Shown here in pieces: positions 54,798 through 64,000 of a stretch of 64,000 nucleotides of DNA; within the stretch, counting starts at the first letter, position 1; the number at the start of each line of letters is the position of its first letter. Under the pieces are notes generated by a model. That model searched no databases. It had not been told where the DNA came from and worked only from the letters and a program-made list of their open reading frames with translations. The stretch comes from Octopus vulgaris (Eukaryota). The position numbers and the translations under genes were made by a program. The stretch spans positions 86,304,001-86,368,000 of the forward strand of contig OX597824.1 of assembly GCA_951406725.2 (NCBI GenBank), given 5' to 3'.

Positions 54798-56103
54798 AGT
54801 AAATTTCATCTGATTGAATATACCAGAGAACATGGTTATCTCTCACTGCATCACATAACTTTCTGAGATAATTTACTTTGCAACACACAAGGCTTATGAA
54901 ATGCAATGGTGTGACAAAATTCTTGTGTGAAAATTCTAATGCGTTTTATGCAAGAATTTACAAGAAACATTTATTTATAAGAAGCAAATTTATCAAATAC
55001 ATACAAGACAGAAGTTTTCTTTTGTGAATTTAGCAGAAAAATTCACAACAGATATATGATTACATTCTGATATGTTATCTAGTTTACAGAAAAATTAAAG
55101 AATATTTCAAATTCCTATCTGATACAAGAAAAACAAAAATATACTGAAATTACCAAAGAAGCAGATTAAATAGAAGGAACTGCAATCAGTTTACATTTAG
55201 AAGCTCCACCCTACAACTAAAACAAAAAAAAAAATACCTATAGGCGCAGGAGTGGCTGTGTGGTAAGTAGCTTGCTAACCAACCACATGGTTCCGGGTTC
55301 AGTCCCACTGCGTGGCATCTTGGGCAAGTGTCTCCTGCTATAGCCCCTGGCCGACCAAAGCCTTGTGAGTGGATTTGGTAGACGGAAACTAAAAGAAGCC
55401 TGTCGTATATATGTATATATACATATATATATATAAGTGTGTGTGTATATGTTTGTGTGTCTGTGTTTGTCCCCCTAGCATTGCTTGACAACTGATGCTG
55501 GTGTGTTTATGTCCCCGTCACTTAGCGGTTCGGCAAAAGAGATCGATAGAATAAGTACTGGGCTTACAAAGAATAAGTCCCGGGGTCGATTTGCTTGACT
55601 AAAGGCGGTGCTCCAGCATGGCGGCAGTCAAATGACTGAAACAAGTAAAAGAGTAAAGAGTATGTGGTAAAAAGTTTGCTTCCCAACCACATGGTCCTGG
55701 GTTCAGTCCCACACTGCGGGAACATGGAAAGTGGTTTCTTCTAAAGCCTCAGGCCGACCAAAGCCTTGTGAGTGAATATGGTAGATGGAAACTGAAAGAA
55801 GCTCATCATGCACGCACATGTGTGTGTATAACTAGGTAAATATGTACATGTATATAGAGAGCAATAAGAAAATGGAGTGGACCAATAGGTGGTTCATCAA
55901 CTTTGAGACATTATATTATGTCAACTTATTTATTTATCTACTAGAATGACAATTACAAGAATATACATCCATGTATAACATATAATGCTTTACATATAAA
56001 ATATATTAATATATAAAGGAACTAGTAATGTATGTATATATATATATATTTTATATTTTTATATATTAAAAAAATTTTTTTTCACACTTATAATAAATTA
56101 AAT

Positions 56104-56214
56104 TCTCTGAAGAGGCCGTGGGGCATCCTTGTTAATGTCTCATTTATACCTGCCTTATATGGCTTATAAGTTAAATGAGGCATGCTTGCCCTTACTGCCG
56201 AAACAACTGTCAGA
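56104..56214 (+). ncRNA. Type I hammerhead ribozyme motif with extended stem II
   Basis: TCT-CTGAAGA-GGC...GCC-GAAAC-AACT-GTC-AGA; internal 12-bp helix ATGTCTCATTTA/TAAATGAGGCAT. Confidence 0.75.
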
Positions 56215-56417
56215 TATGATATAATTATATATTATATTTTATATTTTATATGTCTATTTCATTGTCTAATTATATTTACTATATATTTTGTATAATGCCT
56301 TTACTGTTATGTAATGGTGTAATGAAGTATTGATTGGGTATCATCTGATGATTGATATTTGATTGATTTAAGTATGTTTCTCCATTTTCTAATTTTGTAG
56401 TATATATATATATATAT

Positions 56418-56607
56418 AGGGGGAGAGTTCAAGAAAAAAACAAAAGATGAAGACAGGTGATGTAGAAAACAAACAGATGTATTAGTATAACGCTCAGGAA
56501 TTGAAGAAAGTCTTTTACGTTTCGAGCCTATGCTCTTCTACAGAAAGGGACACAGAAAAAAAAACAAGGAGAGAAAAAAATGTGTGTAGTGGCTACCGAT
56601 CTATCAT
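56418..56607 (-). mobile_element. ~190-bp non-autonomous hammerhead-bearing (Penelope pLTR-like) element; relatives at ~4305-4500, ~19687-19875, ~39880-40058
   Basis: shared aaaagatgaagacaggtg...gtattag...cgctc..gaa and hammerhead block (4305 copy more diverged); each copy abuts a (TA)n tract. Confidence 0.55.
56512..56547 (-). ncRNA. Minimal hammerhead-like motif
   Basis: CTTT-CTGTAGA-A-GAGC-ATAG-GCTC-GAAAC-GTA-AAAG. Confidence 0.5.
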
Positions 56608-56718
56608 GAGTTCAGTCCCACTGCATGGCACCTAGGGCAAGTGTCTTCTACTATAGCCTTGGGCCGACCAAAGCCTTGTGTGTGGATATGATAGATGGGA
56701 ACTGAAAGAAGCCCATCA

Positions 56719-56749
<31 letters not shown>

Positions 56750-57162
56750 ATTTGTCCCCACCACTACTTGACAAAAAGTGTCAGCGTTTACATCCTGGTA
56801 ACTTAATGGTTTAGCAAAAGAAACTGATAGAATAAGTACCAAGCTGAGGACAGAAGTACTGGGGTTGATGTGTTCAACAGAAAATTCTTAAGGGTGGTAC
56901 CCCAGCATGGCCACAATCTAATGACTGAAACAAGTAAAAAAACAGCAACTTACACAGGGGATTAGTATTTGCCATGGGGTAACTAGTTGACAAAGAGAAG
57001 GGCTTAGATATCAAAATAAATAGTACAGCAAGGAACATTTGTATAACAAAGAAATAAGAATTCATAACTGGGGGCCAAAATAATTTGTTTAAGTGTTGCC
57101 TGTTAGGGGGCATTTCAGAATGATTAAGCTCTATAAAGTTGCTTGTCTTCTTGTCTACTTAC

Positions 57163-57191
57163 CACCAGCTTTTCATCACATAGCTAGCTAC
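57163..57191 (-). CDS. Candidate 29-nt microexon (VASYVMKSW-C)
   Basis: (TG)n-tag acceptor; strong GTG|GTAAGT donor; phase 0->2 fits both flanking candidate exons. Confidence 0.55.
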
Positions 57192-58675
57192 CTACACACA
57201 CACACACACACACACACTTTCCTTAATCCTTTAGCATTCAAATTATTCTATTAAATGAAATGCTTATTTAGGATCTTTTCAGTTGGTTTGAGCGGCAGTT
57301 TTTTAAAAATAATTTCCAGGTAACTAAACACTTTTAAACTTCGTATACTGGTAGAATGTGTTTATAAAACATCTTTTTCTCTTGGCTTTATTGAGAAAAT
57401 TCTATAGTTTGTAAGATATTAGTTGTTTTTTTTTCTTCAATTTCTGCAATTTCAACCAATCACTGACGTCTATTGAGGTAAAAAAAATATTGTGTCGTAT
57501 GAATATGTCCCTCATTTAAGAAACAGATTGGGTTTATTTACATTTCTGAAGAAAAAAAAGATACCCTTCCCCCCACCCCTAACCCTTAAACAGATTGAAA
57601 TGCAATAGATTGATACTAGGGTCATAATTATGGGTGAGAGGTCAGATATGGCTGGTACGAACTTGAAATATTCTTCATTGAATTACTGTGGAAATAACCA
57701 AGTTAAGAAGCTCACTTTGCATTCATATGATTTTGAGTTCAGTCCCACTGCACAGTTCCTTAATTGTCTTCTACTGTAGCCTTGGGTCAACCAATGCCTT
57801 GGGGAGTGAATTTAGCAAATGGAACAACTGAATCCTCATTGTTAAATGACAGACAACTATCCACGAATGACTTCATTATCTAATATGTCCTTTCCTTATT
57901 TAAAACAAGATGTAATCTGAGGATGGGGGGGTATTTGGTTGCTATTTCTAGCAGGTCGAGCAACCACAGAAACTCCAATGGATTGAGAAAACTAAAATGA
58001 AACAGACGATACAATACATGACTTCTTGATAATAATAATCATCCTTTCTACTATAAACACAAAGCCTAAAATTTGGGGGGAAGGGGACTACACTGATTAC
58101 AGTGACCCCAGTACTCAACTGGTACTTGTTTTATAACCTGAAAGGATGAAAGCAAAGTCGACCATGGATTTGAACTCAAAATGTAAAGAACCAGAAAAAA
58201 AGGCAACTAAGCATTTTGCCCAATGTGTTAATGATTCTGCCAGCGCATTGCCTTAATAACAATTGTAGCAGATATTTGAAAATAAAGAGTTTTATAATCT
58301 AAATATATCATATAAGAAGCCTTATATCTAAAGATATCGCTAGCAGACACAGTTAAAAAAAAAATGTTAATGAGATAAACTTCAAATATTTTGCTTAGAT
58401 AATTTTCATCTGGATTTAGTTTAAGTCATGAACAAAAGTGTCTAATATAACTCTCTCTTTCTCTCTTTTACTTGTTTCAGTCATTTGACTGCGGCCATGC
58501 TGGAGCACCGCCTTTAGTCGAGCAAATCGACCCCAGGACTTATTCTTTGGAAGCCTAGCACTTATTCTATCGGTCTCACTTGCCGAACCGCTAAGTGACG
58601 GAGACGTAAACAAACCAGCATCGGTTGTCAAGCAATGCTAGGGAGACAAACACAGGCACACAAACATATACACAC

Positions 58676-58731
<56 letters not shown>

Positions 58732-59539
58732 GACAGGCTTCTTTCAGTTTCCGTTAACCAAATCCACTCACAAGGCATGGGTCGGCCCGGGACTCTAGCA
58801 GAAGACACTTGCCCAAGATGCCACGCAGTGGGACTGAACCCGGAACAATATGGTTGGTTAGCAAGCTACTTACCACACAGCCACTTTCAAAAATAGCGGG
58901 TTGCAAAGAGCACCATACGAGTGTGATCGTTGATAGAGTGGCTAACCAGCTTCCATGCCAGTGGCACATAAAAGGCACCATTCGAGTATAATCGTTACCA
59001 GCGTCGCCTTACTGGCACTTGTGCCCGTGCTAGTAGGGTGCCAAAAGCACCATCCGAGCGTGATCGGCGCCAGAGCAGCTAACTGGCTCCTGTGCCGGTG
59101 GCACATAAAAAGCACCCACTACACTCTCGGAGTGGTTGATGTTAGGAAGGGCATCCAGCTGTAGAAACTCTGCCAGATCAAGATTGAAGCCTGGTGCAGC
59201 CATCTGGTTCACCAGCCCTCAGTCATACGTCCAACCCATGCTAGCATGGAAAGCAGATGTTGAACGATGATGATAATGATGATGGATCAAGTCGATCAGG
59301 TAAAACCTCCAATGATTGAAATCAGCGAAAGATGAAAGATTGAAACATATGTACCCTTAAAATAATTCTCAAGCAGAAAAAACATGATACATTATGACAA
59401 GGCTGGACCTTACACTTACATATTACAACCAGTCTAGTGGGCTTCTGAGCACTTTCCATCTACACAATTTCACTGACAAGGCTTGGATCAACGGAAAACC
59501 ATGTTAAAGGACACACTCGGTGACATGCAGTGAAATTGA

Positions 59540-60180
59540 ACCTAGAACCTATTCTGAACGCCTTACTTCCCTGGGCATAGATACATTGAAACTCCGACGT
59601 CTGGCAGCTGACTTGGTAGATATAAAATTATTAACCATGAGCACCTTTTCAAACTCCACCTATCTAACACCTGTGGACATGTTTACAAAGTCAGAAAACA
59701 GCACAGCTCCCATGACTTCAGGAAACATTTTTTCACACTAAGAGTTGCTGAAGCATGGAACAAACTGCCGGCATCAGTTGTTAGTAGTCAAAGCACTGTA
59801 TCCTTCAAAATAATTAACCATCTTACAAACAATAACTCTGAGCACCTTTTCAAACTCCACCTGTCTAACACCCATGAACATGTTTACAAAGTCAGAAAAC
59901 AGCACAGCTCCCATGACTTCAGGAAACATTTTTTCACGCTGAGAGTTGCTGAAGCATGGAACAAACTGCCGGCATCAGTTGTTAGTTGTCGGAGCACTGC
60001 ATCCTTCAAAACTTCCATGCTTCCTGAGATTCGCCAACACTACACCCGATTTTCTCCCCTCCATACACACGCAAGCATCTATCTGACTCATACACTGTTC
60101 ACTTCCCAGACATTTCTACATTACTGCATATACTTTATATGCACTTTCTGACAAGTTGTGGTGCACCTGAGCACTGTATA
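59540..60180 (+). mobile_element. CR1-clade LINE 3' fragment with internal ~200-bp duplication
   Basis: YSERLTSLGIDTLKLRRL; HVYKVRKQHSSHDFRKHFFTLRVAEAWNKLP occurs twice. Confidence 0.8.
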
Positions 60181-60198
60181 CAATAATTTCATTATTAT

Positions 60199-60332
60199 TA
60201 TATTTGCCACTTAAATGTGGCTAGTCACTAAGGGTGGATACTACTGTAGCTTGTAGCCCCAGGATCTCTTGGGGCTACAAGCTACATTAACATCCATCCT
60301 TAGTGGTTAGCCACATTCAAGTGGCAAATATA
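60199..60332. repeat. ~130-bp hairpin palindrome
   Basis: tatttgccactt...tgtagcttgtagcccca / tggggctacaagctaca...aagtggcaaata. Confidence 0.85.
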
Positions 60333-60568
60333 CTTCACCTTTATTTTCAGTAGTTTTTTTCTGAAATAGCTAATTTGTTATTTATATGGGTTTTAAAAAA
60401 CTTTGTTCTCGGTATTTATTGTCACTTGGGATGCTTATGACTCATTACACAAGCCTTTGCTGAGCGTGACATTAACAGACAAGTTTGATTAATTAATTCT
60501 CATTACCCTCCACTTAAATGACAGAGCAATATAGTATACAAAGCTATAGAAAAAAAAAATAGAAATAC

Positions 60569-60676
60569 TAATAGCAAAATAGTAATTTCATCTGTCAGTT
60601 TAGTTCCATCATCTCCATAATTACCAGCCACCATTTGTTCAACACCTTCACGGTAGTTCTCTCTTCCATCAACAAT
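60569..60676 (-). CDS. Candidate exon of an unidentified gene (IVDGRENYREGVEQMVAGNYGDDGTKLTDEITILLL)
   Basis: gtcttccag acceptor; 108 nt open, non-repetitive; donor GTATTT is weak (alternative donor GCTG|GTAATT). Confidence 0.5.
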
Positions 60677-60729
60677 CTGGAAGACAACACTTCTATATTT
60701 TTGAGATGGGGAATTTTTATATTATGTAT

Positions 60730-61057
60730 TGGGTTGTCCGGAAAGTTTGTGCCGATTTATAGTAGCCTTACCCTTTCAACTTATTTTAGAACATGGTTGA
60801 GTCCATAAAATAGGATTTGACTACACCTCCATTTAGAGCACAGTTTAAGCTATCTTTTCGTGGAAGAAGGTTTATGTTCCTATAACCTGTGTTAATTCTG
60901 TAACCCTTTAAAATGGAATATAAGAATGTTCATTTTCGGCACTTGATGCTTTGGGAACCAGACAGAAATTGCTGCAGCTCGGCTGGGATGTGTTACCCCA
61001 CCCTCCATATTCACCAGATATTGCTCCTTCGGATTTCCACTTATTCAGGTCTCTGCA
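60730..61057 (+). mobile_element. Truncated copy of the same mariner
   Basis: same TIR and internal sequence as 2672-3236 in the opposite orientation. Confidence 0.88.
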
Positions 61058-63580
61058 GAATAGTCTTAATGGTAAAAAGAGAAAAAGATGGTGGTGACAA
61101 GGTGTCAGGGCATAACTTCAAAGTACAAGGTGAATATAAGAGAGAATATGAAGTGTGAAGGGAGGGTGGATAAGTTTTCAGGAATGTGAAAAGAGAATGA
61201 CAGGTAATCAGAGACGGGGACAGAGGTGAATGCAGTGAATGGGGAACCAAGGTGGTGGTATGGTCAACAGTGAATATAAATTTGGAGGGTGGAGGAATAG
61301 GAGTAGGTCAGGGAAGAGGAGGCAGAGGAGGAGGTAGCAGTACAAAAAAGTGTAGGGGAGAAGAGCAGTATAAATAAAACAGTAGATAGAAAGGAATAAA
61401 AAGATGTGAAATGATGGGAAGAGAGGGATACACAGTGACATAGATGGAGGTCAGAGGTATGCAGGGGTGGGTATAGTAACAGACAAAGATGGTAGGAATG
61501 TGTTGAGATTGATAACAGATATGAAAAAAGTGGGGGAAGTGGTGTTAAGTATGTGGTACAACTGTCATGAGGATGTAGTGCAGAAAAAAGGGGCATTCAA
61601 TGCAACATAAAGTGGGAAGGGATGATGATAAGAATGCAGGATGGGTGACAAAGGGGTGGATGGTAACACAAAAGGGGATGAAATATGTGCAGTTCTGCTC
61701 TCATGTAATTACAGCATCTGAGCGAATGGTTGTAAAGTGATGGAGGGATGGGTGTTAGGGACATAGGATGGGGCGGGGGGGGAAGTATTGATAAGGATTG
61801 GGCATGAGACCATAGACATAAACAGTATGCCTTTAGGACCTTTTCAGCTTACACTCCACATCAGTGCCCCCAAAATAGCCTCACCAACCAACAGGCCTTC
61901 TTCAGAATAGCAACATTACATTGAGAGTATCTCCCTGATCCAGGCGCAGGAGTGGCAAGTAGCTTGCTTACCAGCCACATGGTTCCCGGTTCTTTCCCAC
62001 TGCGTGGCACCTTGGGCAAGTGTCTTTTACTATAGCCTTGGGCCGACCAAAGCCTTGTGAGTGGATTTGATTGATGGAAACTGAAAGAAGCCCATCATAT
62101 ATATATATGTGTGTGTGTGTGTTGGCCTGCTCACTTAGCCAGTGGGGTGGCGTCATTTGAAGGCTAAAACAATGCGAAGCGCATTGTGACCAGCGATGTG
62201 TAGCAACATCTGATAGCCTGGTCGGTCACGGTGATATATATGTGTGTGTGTGTTTGTGTGTCAGTGTTTGTACCCCCTCCAACATCGCTTGAAAACCGAT
62301 GCTGGTGTGTTTATGTTCCCGTCACTTAGCGGTTCGGCAAAAGAGACCGACAGAATAAGTAATAGGCTTACAAAGAATAAGTCCTGGGGTCGATTTGCTC
62401 GACTAAAGGCAGTGCTCCAGCATGGCCGCAGTCAAATGACAAACAAGTATAAGAGAGTATGTACCTAGTGATAATGTGTGTGCGTTTTCTTAGGCACCTA
62501 TACATGCATATACATGTGTGACAACACACACACACAAATTTATACAAATGTTTGTTTAAAACAGTATAGATCTGTGTCTTTTCCAATCATGGTTCAAACG
62601 ATATTCCTGAATAAAGAATGGGACTGAATCTGGAACCATCTTCTTTCTTTTTCTTTCTAAAATTCTTTCCGAAAAACTCCAGTATAAACAAACATCCGTG
62701 GTCACTCAACCAAAATGATAGCCAAACCTCCCTCAAACAACACCGTATCGCCTTTAAGAGGTAGCCTTCATTTGGTAAAGATTCTAAATACAATAAGAAT
62801 GTGTGCGTGTGTTGGTCACGTCTGGAATGTCTTTGTTCATAGCTCTCCTGGATCAGGAATGGCCTGGAGTTAAAGAATATTTTTTTTAATTATTCTTTTT
62901 AATTATCCTGGGCTGCTAGTAATTAAGTTAATTTAAATACAGCAAGTAGTCTACTACACACACACACGATATTATATATCAGATACAATTATAACCAGTT
63001 AAAACAAAACAAAAAATTATTTTTCTGTTTCTTTGTATAACCATTTTTAGACGAAATTCTATAGCTGCACACACACACACACGCTAAGTAGCTAATGTGT
63101 ACACACAAGTTTAACGCAATTTAAAACGACTGAGCAAATATTTACACATATCAGGTTCTCCAATAGTTACGAAATTGCGAACATTTTTAAAAGGAAATAT
63201 TATACAGTAACAGTAGAGCTTTAGCCATGAGGTATCAGTCAGAGAATTTAATGCGGGAAAAGGAAATAAATGAAAGTTTTCTTGAAAATACGGGCTTTTA
63301 AAGTGTTGGGCAACAAATTTTTAGCGGGTTTTGAATATTTGCTGTATCTTCAAGAATATTTGCTGTATCAAAGATTCATTTTAACAAGAGCTGTTTGGCG
63401 ACATATATATCCATACATTATATATAAGTAGTTGTTTAAACCTTGGGTATACACTTGGTAATATACCAATTAAAGTAGTTAAAAGAGACTCTAATAATGT
63501 AAATATTACCGATGTCACATTACTCAATATGCGTTTTGCATGTGATATCTCTCTCTCTCTCTCTCATATATATATATTAT

Positions 63581-63800
63581 ATAGAGGGCATTATTACACA
63601 TAGATGCCACACGCTGGGAGGAACTCTTAAAGTCAAAACTACTAAAATAAATAACCACATCGTACCGAAACAATTCTCGAAGCAGATCATTTAAAAACCG
63701 GATTTTACCCACATATCACGACGTGTTTATTTATTTTAGTAGTTTTGACTTTAAGAGTCCCTCCCAGCGTGTGGCATCTATGTGTAATAGCGCCCTCTAA
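63581..63800. repeat. Inverted repeat (~83-bp arms, ~55-bp spacer) beside (TA)n
   Basis: direct inspection of the arms. Confidence 0.85.
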
Positions 63801-63904
63801 TATAAATAAATTAAATTAAAAGAAAAATTTGATGGGTTTTTTCTCTTATGAGGTTTTTCACACTGACTACTTGACAAATTCTTATGAAGATTTTATCCTA
63901 TTTT

Positions 63905-63940
<36 letters not shown>

Positions 63941-64000
63941 ACTGTAAACAGACACCATTCCATTCCAGGATAAACAGATATTATAGCCCAACTTATCGGA

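Overview
AT-rich, repeat-dense animal genomic DNA. The SINE families and microsatellite load suggest an octopus/cephalopod genome (inferred from recognised repeat types, not from a search). Almost every ORF in the supplied track is a microsatellite or SINE artefact, and the real coding exons had to be read by hand. Main gene: a minus-strand DUF547-domain gene with five phase-consistent exons (32507->24254, 5' end unresolved), which contains a 3.3-kb GT-AG U12-type (minor spliceosome) intron. Other candidate genes, all minus strand: a three-exon chain with a 29-nt microexon (60676->52409, unidentified protein), an orphan 150-nt exon (15927-16076), and a CpG-rich candidate first exon/promoter near 7.1-7.4 kb. 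The rest is tRNA-derived SINEs, RTE/CR1/R4-Dong/Penelope fragments, mariner, pogo-like and piggyBac-like MITEs, non-autonomous Helitrons, foldback elements and microsatellites. The most notable non-coding signals are hammerhead-ribozyme motifs: one canonical-core type I motif with a long stem II (56104-56214), and four minimal motifs in a ~190-bp non-coding family found next to (TA)n tracts.
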